Below are positions 8,872 through 19,097 of a DNA stretch of 64,000 bases, piece after piece; the stretch's first letter is position 1; each line of letters begins with the position of its first letter. The DNA is from Phycisphaerales bacterium (GTDB lineage Bacteria; Planctomycetota; Phycisphaerae; Phycisphaerales; UBA1924), in contig OZ245777.1 in assembly GCA_965227775.1 (NCBI GenBank), positions 320,001 to 384,000 of the forward strand, read 5' to 3'. The position numbers and the translations under genes were made by a program. The notes beneath the pieces were generated by a model, which searched no databases, was not told the origin of the DNA, and saw nothing but the letters and a program-made list of their open reading frames with translations.

Positions 8872-9900
8872 CTAGCCGCTCAGGGCCTTCACCGATCGCT
8901 CCAGCACGGCCAGGGCCCCGCTCAGGTAGATCGCGTCGCCCTCGTGCTCCAGATTGGCCGGTGCGGCCGCAGAGGCGATCAGCCGCTTGCACTGCAGCAG
9001 CCGGGCGTAGTCCTGCTCCACGGGCAGCCCGGCCTCTCGGCGGGCCTTGGCGATCATGGAGACCGGCTTCAGGCCGCACAACCGCTCCGTGCGACCCCAG
9101 AACTGGCGCTCGAGATACAGGCCGTCTTCGGCCCAGTGCCCGGGGTGGACGAGCCCCAGGTCGATGAGGGCGCATCGCTGGCCGGCATGGCCGTGCCCGT
9201 TGTCTGAGGGCTGCCGCCACATCGCGTTGGCCGGGTGCACGTCGCCATGCTGCCACGCGTTCATGGGGCGTGCGTTCCAAATCGAGAGGGCCTCGGGCAG
9301 CAGCTTGCGGGCGCTCTTGAGGGCGTTGTTCCAGTGCTGGGCATCGGGGATGGCGTTGTCGTGGGCCATCTGCCGGGCGTGCTCGTGGGCGTGGGCCCAG
9401 TCGGGCTCGACGGGCCTGCCCGTGGGGGCCCAGTGGCGCTCGGCGCGGATCTGGAAATCACTGGCGGCCTCGATGAGGGCGCGCAGCCCGTGCTCGTCGA
9501 AGTCCTTCGCGACGGTGCCGCCCTCGAATCGCTCTACGACCAGCCAGCACAGGTCGTACGAGCCAAGCTCATCTGCCGACGCCAGCACGCGCGGTGTCGA
9601 GAGCGCGAGGCAATCGGGCGCCGACCAGCCCTGCTTCCAGCTGTCTCCCAGCGCTGCCGCCCAGCGTCGCTCGATGGGCCCGACGGGCACCTTCACCATG
9701 CACGGCACGGTCGAGCCGTCATCGAGCGTCCACGTCGAGAAGCCGGTGGCCGCGCCGCCGCGCTGCCAGCTCGTCCTAAACCATTCGATGTCACCGAGGT
9801 TGTCGCCCGCGGCCTGCTTGACCACCGGTGCCAGCATCGCCCCGAGCGCCAGCGGATCGCTGGTGTCCAGGGCGGCCGCGTTGGGCTGCGGATCGGCCAT
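8872..9900 (-). CDS. Aminoglycoside/choline kinase-like phosphotransferase
   Basis: HGDVHPAN catalytic loop and ALIDLG; start MADPQPN at 9900. Confidence 0.8.
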   Translation of the reverse strand: MADPQPNAAALDTSDPLALGAMLAPVVKQAAGDNLGDIEWFRTSWQRGGAATGFSTWTLDDGSTVPCMVKVPVGPIERRWAAALGDSWKQGWSAPDCLALSTPRVLASADELGSYDLCWLVVERFEGGTVAKDFDEHGLRALIEAASDFQIRAERHWAPTGRPVEPDWAHAHEHARQMAHDNAIPDAQHWNNALKSARKLLPEALSIWNARPMNAWQHGDVHPANAMWRQPSDNGHGHAGQRCALIDLGLVHPGHWAEDGLYLERQFWGRTERLCGLKPVSMIAKARREAGLPVEQDYARLLQCKRLIASAAAPANLEHEGDAIYLSGALAVLERSVKALSG

Positions 9901-9937
9901 CGCCAGGTGGCGCCTCCCTTGCCCGCTCTGCCGAGTC

Positions 9938-10675
9938 CTACTCGGGGCCGTCCTGACCCCGACACGCTCGGACGAACACAGTGTACACGCCCGAACCGAG
10001 CGGTCCGTTTCCGCTTCGCTCGGGGTGCCACTGCACACCTACGTAGAACGGGCGCTCCGGGTTGTGCACCGCCTCGATGGTCCCGTCGGGCGCGACCCCT
10101 GCGACGGCCAGTGAGCCCGCATCGGCGATCGCCTGGCGGTGCCGGCTGTATGGGTTATCGGTACTGTTCGAGAGCCACGAGGGCGCACCCGATGTTGCGA
10201 CTACCTCGTGGGGCTTGTGCCAATGCACGTTCCACGCCTCGCCCAGGGTGTCGGGCAGGTGCTGGTCGAGCCGGCCGCCGGCGAGCAGCGACATCATCTG
10301 CATGCCGTAGCAGACGCCGAGCACGGGCGCGTCAGGGCGGTCCGTGAGCGCCTTCAGCAGTGCTGTGTCGTATTCCTGACGCAAGTCGACGACGGGCGTC
10401 ACGCGCGGGTCGGTCGGCTCGCCATACTGCTCGGTCCGCGGGTCGTCGCCGCCAATCAGCAGCACGCCATCGACCAGATCGAGCTGGTCGGGGATCGACT
10501 CGATCGTGGGTGGCAGCACGATGGGAAGCCCACCGGCCGCGACGACGGCATCGACGTAGGTCATCCGGCAGCACGATCGCAGGGCTTGGGGGGCCGCGGG
10601 GTCGCTGCTTGGCGCGATGTCCACGTCGCCGGCGATGCCGATGAGCGGTCGATCGTGCTGGTCGCGCTGGCCCAT
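9938..10675 (-). CDS. Gamma-glutamyl-GABA hydrolase family (peptidase C26, PuuD-like)
   Basis: LLIGGDD, PVLGVCYGMQ, HRQAI, GVQWHPE. Confidence 0.85.
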   Translation of the reverse strand: MGQRDQHDRPLIGIAGDVDIAPSSDPAAPQALRSCCRMTYVDAVVAAGGLPIVLPPTIESIPDQLDLVDGVLLIGGDDPRTEQYGEPTDPRVTPVVDLRQEYDTALLKALTDRPDAPVLGVCYGMQMMSLLAGGRLDQHLPDTLGEAWNVHWHKPHEVVATSGAPSWLSNSTDNPYSRHRQAIADAGSLAVAGVAPDGTIEAVHNPERPFYVGVQWHPERSGNGPLGSGVYTVFVRACRGQDGPE

Positions 10676-10752
10676 GGTCAGCCTCCATGCCGATGGTGCG
10701 TTGGAACGAATTGGCTGCCCCGAGTCGAGGGTAGCGGGAGTATGCTGCGCCG

Positions 10753-12168
10753 ATGCCCACCAGGCCGGTCATCTTGAGCTTGCTGACAGCCATCGCGGTC
10801 GTCGTCGCCTCGATCTGGCTTCTGCGACCTCCATCGGCCAGCGCGACGGCGGGGCCGCAGGCGGTCCTCGACGTTGATGCCGCGTCGATCGTCTCGTTCG
10901 AGACCCGGGGCGAGGGCGGTCCAGGGCAGCGCATCGAGCGATCGCTGGCCGGCTGGCAGCTCGTCGGCACGGACGGCCCGCCCTGGGCCGTGCAGGACGG
11001 CCGCGCCCGAGCCGCGGCCCGGATCCTGGCCGACCTCTCGGGCCGCCCGGTCGAAGACGAGGTCCTACCGCCGGTCGCCTCCACGCTAACGATCACCGAC
11101 GCCCGCGGACGCACCATGTCGCTCGGCCTGCGCGAGCCTGTGGTCGGCGGACGCCGCGTCGTCGATCGCATCGACAACGAGGGCGCCGTGCAACGCTTCG
11201 CGGTCGACGAGCCGCTGTATGAGGCGTTCGTACAGACCGGCCTGAACGCGTGGCGCGACGAGGGCCTGCTCGGCGCGCTGCCGGGCCGTCCGGCACGACT
11301 CGAACTCTCGCGCGGCGACAATCGTCTCGAGATCGCGCGCGTCGACGGACGTTGGTCGCTGCGCTCGCCGGTGGCGACCCGGGCGAGCGAGCAAGGCGTC
11401 GACACGCTCCTTCAGGCCATCGCGCGTCTGCGAGTCGAGCGATTCGACGAACCTCCGCCGCCTTCGGTCCAAGCGCAGTCGCCAGTCACGATCACGATCG
11501 AAGCGGATCGGATCGAGCCCGCGGGCGACGAACCCGAACCAACGAGAGTCACCGAGCGGCTCACGCTCACGCTGCACGGGCCGGCCGACACGGGTGGACG
11601 CCTCACGCTCGTCGGCGTCGCCCGAGAGCGGCGGTATCGCTCCGCGGGCGCAGCGATCGAGTTCCTGGGCTCCACGTTCGTAGCGATCGATCTCGAACCG
11701 CTGCAGCGGATCACGCTCGAACCGCGCGGCTACGTGGCGACGACCGCCATCGAGGGGGACGCCACGCTGGTGACCCAACTCAAGCTGAACGACCGGGTGT
11801 ATGCGCGTGTGGGCAGCGGCTGGGCCGAAGGCGGCGAAGCGCTCCCCCCAGAACGGGGCGCGGCGCTGGACGCGCTCGCCACGTTGCTGACAACGACCGC
11901 GATGTCGTTCGTGGACCTGACCGATTCGCCGCAGACGACTGGCAGAGCATCGAGGCCGGTGGCGATCGAGGCATCGGCGATTGGCGGCGAGCTGCTCACC
12001 CCCGTTGGCGGGCTCACGCTGCGCACCGTGGAAGCACCCGGCGGCGCGGCGGGCGTGGTCCTGATCGGCGACGGCGTGACGCGTGAATACACCGACGCCG
12101 CGAGCGCCGCCACCGGGCGTGCCACCCTGGTTCTCAGCGAACCGACCCCGGCCAGCCCGGGCGGCTAG
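10753..12168 (+). CDS. Membrane-anchored DUF4340-like protein
   Basis: N-terminal TM; two repeats of the 'LE..R.dG.W.L..P...A....V..LL..L..L' pattern. Confidence 0.6.
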   Translation: MPTRPVILSLLTAIAVVVASIWLLRPPSASATAGPQAVLDVDAASIVSFETRGEGGPGQRIERSLAGWQLVGTDGPPWAVQDGRARAAARILADLSGRPVEDEVLPPVASTLTITDARGRTMSLGLREPVVGGRRVVDRIDNEGAVQRFAVDEPLYEAFVQTGLNAWRDEGLLGALPGRPARLELSRGDNRLEIARVDGRWSLRSPVATRASEQGVDTLLQAIARLRVERFDEPPPPSVQAQSPVTITIEADRIEPAGDEPEPTRVTERLTLTLHGPADTGGRLTLVGVARERRYRSAGAAIEFLGSTFVAIDLEPLQRITLEPRGYVATTAIEGDATLVTQLKLNDRVYARVGSGWAEGGEALPPERGAALDALATLLTTTAMSFVDLTDSPQTTGRASRPVAIEASAIGGELLTPVGGLTLRTVEAPGGAAGVVLIGDGVTREYTDAASAATGRATLVLSEPTPASPGG

Positions 12169-13289
12169 TAGCTAGTCGAGACCATCTTGGCCGCACGCTC
12201 GCGGATGCCGTCGAGCAGGTCGCGCACTTCCGCGGCCATCTTGCTGTTGGGAAACTCGGCGATGATGCGCTCGCCGTGGTTTGCGGCCTCGATCCAGCGC
12301 TTGTCGCGCACCGCCAGCTTGAATTTGGCGCCCAGGTTCTCGCGCGCCTTGCCGATGACACCGCGTGCGACCTCGCGGAACGGAGCAGCCTCTTCCTCGG
12401 AGAGATGCTGGTCAAGCCGCTTCAGCAGCTCCATGGCCTCTTCGACGCGATCGTCCTCGGCGGCCTCGAGGAACTGACGCTCGAGATCGACCTTGAAGCG
12501 CTCGACCTCGCGCAAGACGCGCTCCGGAGCCGCTTGGGCGCGCGGAGCCTCGGGGAACGTGCGGGCGATGCGAACGGCCTCGCGTTGGGCTTCCTCCCAC
12601 TGGCGATGCAGCACGAGGTCCTCGAGCTGGGACATCGCGCCGTTGAGCTGGTGCTCGAGCGTCGCGCGGCGTGAACGGTCGATCCGACGCCGGAAGTTCT
12701 CGGCGTCCTGCCGATAGCCGAAGCGATCCGCGAGCTCGCCCGAGAGCACGAGCGCCGCATCCCAGTCTTCGGCGGCGATATCTTCTTCGATGGCCCGGCG
12801 CAGCAGCGTGCGCTCGCGCGTGCGGTGCAGCACACGGCGGGCATCGTCGCTGAGGGCCGCCTGCTCACCCAGCGAGCGCAGGGCCATGGTGGTCGTGTAC
12901 AGGTCCTTGCGGGTCTGGCGGACGTCGCGGATGAGGTATATCAAGCCCACCGAGGCGGGCGCCAGCACGACGGCGAGCACCATCGCCAGCAGGCCGGCGA
13001 CGCCGAGGCTCTCGGGCACCAGCAGCCCCGCGGTCGATGCGACCTCTCCGGGCGTAAGGGCAGCCTGGGGATCGCCTGTGAGCAGGCCTTCAAGATCGAT
13101 CCCGGCGGCCTGCGTTGCGGCGGCCGGGCGCAAGGCCCAGAGCACGACGGCCGCGAGGCCCATCGCGAACACCGAGCCGTGTGCGAGGAGCACCATGGCC
13201 ATCGGCAGGCGGCTCGGGCGAGCGCGGAGCACGACCGGCTCGAGCGGGTCGTGATCGGAGTTGGTGGGTTCTGGTGGCTGGTGGCTCAT
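12165..13289 (-). CDS. Hypothetical protein with two TMs and a helical/TPR-like cytoplasmic domain
   Basis: Two hydrophobic segments, then helical repeats (WDAAL, WEEAQ, WIEAA..FPNS). Confidence 0.7.
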   Translation of the reverse strand: MSHQPPEPTNSDHDPLEPVVLRARPSRLPMAMVLLAHGSVFAMGLAAVVLWALRPAAATQAAGIDLEGLLTGDPQAALTPGEVASTAGLLVPESLGVAGLLAMVLAVVLAPASVGLIYLIRDVRQTRKDLYTTTMALRSLGEQAALSDDARRVLHRTRERTLLRRAIEEDIAAEDWDAALVLSGELADRFGYRQDAENFRRRIDRSRRATLEHQLNGAMSQLEDLVLHRQWEEAQREAVRIARTFPEAPRAQAAPERVLREVERFKVDLERQFLEAAEDDRVEEAMELLKRLDQHLSEEEAAPFREVARGVIGKARENLGAKFKLAVRDKRWIEAANHGERIIAEFPNSKMAAEVRDLLDGIRERAAKMVSTSY

Positions 13290-13415
13290 GGCGGCTCTCC
13301 ATGCCGGCGCGGCGCGATGGCGACCGCACTCCTCTTGCCTGCTTCAGTATAACGGTTGATCGTCCGAACTGATGCACCAGAACGAGCCGGCACGGCCCGG
13401 GGGTACACTGGGTTC

Positions 13416-14114
13416 ATGCAGCAGATCGACGTTTCCGGACGCATACACAACCAGAACAAGCAGGCATCCGACACTGACGCCGCGCTGTGGACGGCCAGCC
13501 TGGGGCCATTCGAGACCAACGCGTACGTCTACACCCCCGATGGGCGCCATGCGTGGATCATCGACCCCGGGCAGGGCCCCGAGGACGTCATCGAGCTGGT
13601 CAAAACGCAGGGGCTCAACGTTGAGGCCGTGCTGCTGACGCACGCGCACGCGGACCACATCCTGGGGCTTCGCGAGGTCTTGGAGGCGTTCCCGCAGACG
13701 CCCTTGCTCATCCATGAAGCCGAGCGGGATTGGATCGGTGATCCAGCGCTCAATCTGAGCGCGGGCTTTGGAATGCCGTATAGCGGGCCCGAGCCCACGA
13801 GCGTGTTCGAGCACGGCGATGAGCTGACGATCAGCGGAGAGGCTTGGACGGTGCGACACACGCCGGGGCACAGTCCGGGCGGCTGCGTGTTCCTTGCGCC
13901 CGGCGGCGGTGTTGCGATCGTGGGCGACACGCTCTTCTCGGGCAGCATCGGTCGCACCGATCTGCCCGGCGGCGACTTCGACCAGCTGGCCGAGAGCATC
14001 CGCCGGGAGCTCTACGGGCTCGACGCGTCCTGCCTGTGCCTGCCGGGGCACGGCCCGCCGACGACCGTTGGCGAAGAGCGAACGGGCAATCCGTTCGTGC
14101 GTCGCGAAGGCTGA
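13416..14114 (+). CDS. MBL-fold metallohydrolase (glyoxalase II/YcbL-like)
   Basis: THAHADH, HTPGHSPG, GDTLF.GSIGRTD, PGHG. Confidence 0.9.
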   Translation: MQQIDVSGRIHNQNKQASDTDAALWTASLGPFETNAYVYTPDGRHAWIIDPGQGPEDVIELVKTQGLNVEAVLLTHAHADHILGLREVLEAFPQTPLLIHEAERDWIGDPALNLSAGFGMPYSGPEPTSVFEHGDELTISGEAWTVRHTPGHSPGGCVFLAPGGGVAIVGDTLFSGSIGRTDLPGGDFDQLAESIRRELYGLDASCLCLPGHGPPTTVGEERTGNPFVRREG

Positions 14115-14133
14115 TTGCTGAAACTCGAAATCA

Positions 14134-14169
14134 CAAACCGGGGCCGACCCAAAGGCCGACCCCGGTTTG
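14134..14169 (-). terminator. Intrinsic terminator between convergent genes
   Basis: Minus strand AAACCGGGGTCGGCC-TTTG-GGTCGGCCCCGGTTT, fully paired with G-U. Confidence 0.75.
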
Positions 14170-14201
14170 CTCCAAGGAGGGGACGCTTGTGCGCTGGCTG
14201 A

Positions 14202-16388
14202 TCAGCAGCCGGTGTCGAACTCGCTCTGGAATGCCAGGAAGTCGAACAGGGTGAGACTTCCGTCGCCATCGAAGTCGGCGACGAGATCGCCGCTGGCGAA
14301 CGCGGACTGGAACGCCAGGAAGTCAAAGATGGTCAGCTCGCCGTCGCCGTCCATGTCAACGCGGCAGTCGCCGCACTCGAGACCCTCGATGCGGAGCGCA
14401 TCGATGGCGACTTCCATCACCGAGTCATTCGGGCTATCTGAGGCGGTAAAGCGGACCTGGACCTGCGACGTGAGGCTGATGTGGTCGGTCAGGTTCCAAC
14501 GCATCTGGCTCCACGAGTCGCCACCCATCGAGTGATCGACGCGCTCGAGCTCGACCCAGCGGCCACCGGCATCGTCGGAGACCTCGACGACGAGGCGATC
14601 CTGATCATCGATGCCCGCGCGCTGGTCGTCGTTGGAGTACCAGCGGGCATAGCTCAGCACGGCGTTGCTGGGTGCGGTCGACAGGTCGAACACAGGCGAG
14701 GTCAGCACGGAGGGGCCACCATCGAGGTCTTCGCCGCGATCGGAACCTGTGACGTACGCGTTGCCCGAGCCGTCGAAGTCGCCCGACGCGACGCCGCGGA
14801 AACCATCAGGCTCGCCGAGTTCCCAGCCACCTTCGGCGACCGCGTCGTTGGTAACCGTCCAGCCGGGCGCCGACTGGAAGTCCTGATCGACGGCGGTGAT
14901 GACCGCGGAAGCGGCCAGCGCGTCGTAGGTGATGCCGGGAGCACCGAACGGCTCGATGGTCTCGCGACCTTCAGACGTGGCGCGAACGTAGTACTGGACG
15001 AACGAGCCGCAATCGAGCGCGGGGAACGTCGCCTCGAACTGATCGCCGCCCAGTGGGACGAGCAGGGCGCTGTCGAAGGCGCCGCCATCGACGCTGTAGA
15101 ACAGCTCGGCCGAGCCGGGATCGAGCAGGCCGTCGACCTCGATGATCGTCACGTTGAAGCTCTGGGGCGAGCCGGGATCGACCAGGTCGAGGTCGGGCAG
15201 CGAGATCTCGATGCCGCGGATGGGCGGGCAGCAGACGCCCAGCGGGTTGGCCAGCGCATCCTGGAACTCGGGGCGGTCGATGGCCGTGCCGTTGTTGCCC
15301 GAGGTCGTGCTGCAGCCGGCGTGGGTGTGCACGCCGATGGCCAACCCCGTGGTCTCATCGAGCACGGGCGAGCCGGAGTTGCCGCCGGTGGTGTCGGTCT
15401 GGTATGAGATACCGAAGCCGTCCTTGCGGACGAACGGGCCGGTGTGGGTCTTCTGCACCTGGTTCCACGCGAGCGGGGCGCCGGTGCCGCGGGTGCTGCC
15501 GTAGCCGGTGATTCGGATATCACCGGTATCGATGGGCGCCGCGTCCGCGAGGCGGTAGAACTCGCCCTGGGCTTGGCCGGCGGTCAGGCCGGTGTCGCTG
15601 TTGGGGAAGGCGCCGAAGTAGGCCCAGTCGTTGCCGATGCCAAGGCCGCCGTTGGACTGCATCGAGTCATCGTCGACGGGGTACTGGTCTTCGGGGGCGG
15701 CCATCACGATCGAGCCGCTCGTCGAGCTCAGCGGCACGTTGAATTCGACGACGTCTGCGCTGAACGTGCAGTGGCCGGCCGTGATGAAGCACTTGGCGCA
15801 GTCGTCGATCAGCCACGCCGTGCAGCCGACCGGCAGCAGGCGCGCGTTTCGCGGATCGCTCGAGAGCTCGCGGTCGTCGACCGAGCCGCAGATGCTGTCG
15901 AATCCCGCACCCTGGGTGAAGCCGCTGCCGGCGGTGAGGCCTTCGATGACCACGCGACCGACGCCAGCGCCGGGGCGAGCCAAGACCTCAACGAGCAGGG
16001 TGTCGCCGTTGAAGTAAGCCGTCTTGTGCTTCCATTGGCCCAGCGTGTGGCTGGTGAGGTGCTGATCGTGCTTGTCCTTCAGGCTAGTGATGCGAAGACG
16101 CATGTTGTCGGGCAGCACGGTCGACTCGGCGTCGAACCGCACGCGGCTCCAACCGGCGCCGGGGGCCGTCATGGTGACCGAGTAGATCACCTGCTCTTCG
16201 CCGGCCACGCCGGGCAGGCCGAGTGGGCCGGTGTCGAGGCGGTTGGCAACCTCGAACTGCTGCAGGGGGTCTGCCGCCTGGGCAAGCACCGGGGCGGTCG
16301 CGCTCAGCACACCACCGCATACGCACGCGAGCATCGCGGCGGCCGCACCACCACGGCGAACGCCCTTGAACACAACGTCAGTCATCAT
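14202..16388 (-). CDS. Secreted trypsin-fold serine protease with C-terminal dockerin-like 'GC' tail
   Basis: Signal peptide; triad ITAGHC / NDWA / TGGNSGSPV; C-terminal duplicated DxDGDGxLTxFDFLAFQ ending GC. Confidence 0.85.
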   Translation of the reverse strand: MMTDVVFKGVRRGGAAAAMLACVCGGVLSATAPVLAQAADPLQQFEVANRLDTGPLGLPGVAGEEQVIYSVTMTAPGAGWSRVRFDAESTVLPDNMRLRITSLKDKHDQHLTSHTLGQWKHKTAYFNGDTLLVEVLARPGAGVGRVVIEGLTAGSGFTQGAGFDSICGSVDDRELSSDPRNARLLPVGCTAWLIDDCAKCFITAGHCTFSADVVEFNVPLSSTSGSIVMAAPEDQYPVDDDSMQSNGGLGIGNDWAYFGAFPNSDTGLTAGQAQGEFYRLADAAPIDTGDIRITGYGSTRGTGAPLAWNQVQKTHTGPFVRKDGFGISYQTDTTGGNSGSPVLDETTGLAIGVHTHAGCSTTSGNNGTAIDRPEFQDALANPLGVCCPPIRGIEISLPDLDLVDPGSPQSFNVTIIEVDGLLDPGSAELFYSVDGGAFDSALLVPLGGDQFEATFPALDCGSFVQYYVRATSEGRETIEPFGAPGITYDALAASAVITAVDQDFQSAPGWTVTNDAVAEGGWELGEPDGFRGVASGDFDGSGNAYVTGSDRGEDLDGGPSVLTSPVFDLSTAPSNAVLSYARWYSNDDQRAGIDDQDRLVVEVSDDAGGRWVELERVDHSMGGDSWSQMRWNLTDHISLTSQVQVRFTASDSPNDSVMEVAIDALRIEGLECGDCRVDMDGDGELTIFDFLAFQSAFASGDLVADFDGDGSLTLFDFLAFQSEFDTGC

Positions 16389-16604
16389 GGTCCACTCCTG
16401 GGATCACGGCCGACCCTTGGAAGCCCGGCCTGATGGATGGGAGAATGAATTCGGGATAACCCGATGCGCGGCCCGCGCTCCCCTCTTTCGCTGGCACGCC
16501 GGAGCAGTTACGCCGCCCTGCATTAGGACGTTTCATGTCATGCATCCATGACATCCCCAGCATCGCATGGCAACCTTTGCCGCGGAGGGCTTGTAAGGCC
16601 GGTC

Positions 16605-16997
16605 ATGCCGATGGACGCCTCCCCCGCCGCCGTCGCCCAACGCGTGCGCTTTTTTCGAGCCATCACGCTGTGGTCATGCCGCCTCTTTGGCCTCGTGCTG
16701 CTGGTCCGCGGCGTGTACCTGCTGGTGAACCGCGTGGCCTTCGGCCTAACGCAGGGTGATGTTGCGATCGGTTGGAACACGTACAACGGCGTCGGCGAGG
16801 AGCACATGCTCGCGGCCGGCATCGCCGCCACCCTCGTGGGCCTTGCGCTGGTGTTGCTGGCGCGAACGATCAGCCGGCTTGCCATCGCGATGCCCGACGC
16901 TGGCTGCCCGGCGTGCGGCCACACGGGCGAGGTGGATGGCGAGAGGCGATGCGTGGAGTGCGGGTGGGAGCTGCGCGGTGAGCGTGGCTCGAGCTAG
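16605..16997 (+). CDS. Small two-TM protein with C-terminal zinc ribbon
   Basis: Two TMs; CPACG...CVECG; start uncertain (16548/16605/16611). Confidence 0.65.
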   Translation: MPMDASPAAVAQRVRFFRAITLWSCRLFGLVLLVRGVYLLVNRVAFGLTQGDVAIGWNTYNGVGEEHMLAAGIAATLVGLALVLLARTISRLAIAMPDAGCPACGHTGEVDGERRCVECGWELRGERGSS

Positions 16998-18961
16998 ACC
17001 TCGACGCCCTCGGGAACGCCGCTCTCGCGCGCGAGCAGCGCGCGGACCTGGTTCTCGATCCCCTTGGCATCGAGCCCGACTTCGGCGAGCTGGGCCTTGC
17101 GGCCGTCCTGCTTGATCCAGCGGTCGGGCATGCCGTGGCGACGGACTGTCGCGTTCTTCAGACCCATCTCTTCGATGGCCTCGAGCACGGCGCTGCCGAA
17201 GCCGCCCTGGAGGGTGTGCTCCTCGACGGCCAAGATGGGCACGCCGGCCTCGACGAGGTCGCGGACGAGCGAGCGATCAACGGGCTTGGCGAACCGGGCG
17301 TCGTAGACGGCCACATGCAGGTCGGGCGCGAGCGATTCGGCGGCATCCACGCACGCGTGCGCGGGCACGCCGAAGGCGAGGATCGCCGCATCGGGCTTGT
17401 CGCCTTCGTCGGTAAGCAATCGCGCCTTGCCCAGCTCGAAGGGCGGGCACTCGCTGGCGAAGCGGTCCGACACGTCGTCGCGCGGGTAGCGGACGCTCGA
17501 CAGTCCACGGTCGTACTCGCGCATGAATTCGAGGCTTGCACGCAGGCTCGGCTCATCGATCGCCGCCATGATCGCGGCGTCGGGCAGCGTGCGGAGCAGC
17601 GACACATCGGCAAAGCCGTGGTGCACGGCGCCATCGCCGCCAACAAGACCGGCGCGATCGAGGCACAGGCGGACTGGAAGGCCTTGCAGCGCCGCCTCTT
17701 GGAAGGCCTGGTCGTATGCGCGTTGCAGGAACGTGCTGTACACGGCGAAGAACGGTTTGGAGCCGGTCTTCGCGAGCCCGGCCATCATGTCGAGCGCGTG
17801 GCTCTCGCAGATGCCCGTGTCCCACACGCGGTCTGGGAACTTCTCCATCGCCTCGGTCACGCCGGTGCCATCGGGCATCGCGGCGGTGCAGGCGACGACG
17901 GCGTCATCTCGCTCCATGAGGTCGACAAGCGCGTCGCCGAAGGCGCTGGTGAAGCTGCGGCCCCCGCCCTTGACGACCACGCGGCAGCCCTCGGACTGCA
18001 ATTGGGCGCCGTCCTGGGCGGCGAACGGCTTGGGCGAGTGGAACGTCCGCGCGTCGCCCTCGCTGAAGGCAAAGCCCTTGCCCTTCACGGTCTTGACGTG
18101 CAGCACGCACGGGCGATCAAGGTCCTTGACAGCCTGCAAGAACTCAATGAGCGTGGGCAGGTGGTGTCCGTCGATCGGACCAACAGTGAGCAAGCCAAAG
18201 TGCTCGAACCAGGTGTTCTCGGGCGCCCCGTCTCCCACCATCGCCTTGGCGGCCTCGCCCATGCGGTGGTAGGCATCGCGCAAGGCCTCGCCGCCCGGGA
18301 TGCCCTTGAGGATTTCCTTGCCCGTGCGCTTCAGGCCGGTGTAGGTATGGCTCACGCGGACACGGTCGAAGTGCTGGGCGAGCGCGCCCTGCGGGCCGGC
18401 GATGGACATGCCGTTGTCGTTCAGCACGACGAGCATCTGCCGCTTCAGCGTGCCGGCGTTGTTGAGCCCTTCCATCGCGACACCGTTGACGATCGACGAG
18501 TCGCCGATGATCGTGACAACGCGACGGCCGTCCTTGCGGGACTTAGAGTCGTAGGCCTCGCCATTCAGCGAGTCGCCGCGCGCCATGCCGACGGCGGTCG
18601 AGATGCCCGTGCCGGCGTGGCCGACGCTGAAGAGGTCGTACTTGCTTTCGGCCGGATCAGGGAAGCCGGCCATTCCGTCGCGCGTGCGCAGCTTGCTGAG
18701 CAGGGGCAGCCGCCCGGTGAGCAGCTTGTGCGGGTAGCACTGGTGGCCGACGTCGAAGAGCAGCCGGTCCCACCCAAAGTCGAAGACGCGGTGCATGGCG
18801 ATGGTGAGCTCGACCACGCCCAGGTTTGGTGCCAGATGGCCGCCGGTGCGCGAGACCTGCTCGCAGATCGCCGCGCGGATCTCGCCGGCAAGCTGTTCAA
18901 GCTGCTCGATCGACATCGAGCGGAGTTGTTCGGGCCCTGTCAGCGTGTCCAGCAATGCCAT
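16994..18961 (-). CDS. dxs: 1-deoxy-D-xylulose-5-phosphate synthase
   Basis: GGHLAPNLGVVELT, DVGHQCYPHK, GHAGTGIS, GDSS..N, DRAGLVGGDGAVHHG. Confidence 0.97.
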   Translation of the reverse strand: MALLDTLTGPEQLRSMSIEQLEQLAGEIRAAICEQVSRTGGHLAPNLGVVELTIAMHRVFDFGWDRLLFDVGHQCYPHKLLTGRLPLLSKLRTRDGMAGFPDPAESKYDLFSVGHAGTGISTAVGMARGDSLNGEAYDSKSRKDGRRVVTIIGDSSIVNGVAMEGLNNAGTLKRQMLVVLNDNGMSIAGPQGALAQHFDRVRVSHTYTGLKRTGKEILKGIPGGEALRDAYHRMGEAAKAMVGDGAPENTWFEHFGLLTVGPIDGHHLPTLIEFLQAVKDLDRPCVLHVKTVKGKGFAFSEGDARTFHSPKPFAAQDGAQLQSEGCRVVVKGGGRSFTSAFGDALVDLMERDDAVVACTAAMPDGTGVTEAMEKFPDRVWDTGICESHALDMMAGLAKTGSKPFFAVYSTFLQRAYDQAFQEAALQGLPVRLCLDRAGLVGGDGAVHHGFADVSLLRTLPDAAIMAAIDEPSLRASLEFMREYDRGLSSVRYPRDDVSDRFASECPPFELGKARLLTDEGDKPDAAILAFGVPAHACVDAAESLAPDLHVAVYDARFAKPVDRSLVRDLVEAGVPILAVEEHTLQGGFGSAVLEAIEEMGLKNATVRRHGMPDRWIKQDGRKAQLAEVGLDAKGIENQVRALLARESGVPEGVEV

Positions 18962-19025
18962 GCGAGCCCTCCAGATCCCAGCTTGGCGCACTTGGCGCCT
19001 CCGCAACCCTATTTCTTAGGCGAAA

Positions 19026-19061
19026 CCCGGTCTATTTTCAATGATTCTTGAAAATATCGGG
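19026..19061. promoter_or_regulatory. AT-rich inverted repeat between ispA and dxs (operator or terminator/attenuator)
   Basis: TATTTTCAA-TGATTC-TTGAAAATA (19033-19056) closed by CCCG/CGGG. Confidence 0.5.
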
Positions 19062-19097
19062 ACATCCCTGATGGATCAAGCCCTGTTTTCATCGACC

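Noticed and set aside
8872..9900. Aminoglycoside resistance gene
   Set aside because: Only generic APH/choline-kinase fold motifs are present, in a housekeeping context; the substrate cannot be inferred.
8534..18961. Functional link between Hc1 and the MEP pathway (dxs), by analogy to MEP-metabolite release of chlamydial Hc1
   Set aside because: The genes are 8 kb apart with unrelated genes on both strands between them; proximity alone is not evidence.
17135..19051. 638-aa plus-strand ORF
   Set aside because: Antisense shadow of dxs; typical of high-GC codon bias and has no motifs.
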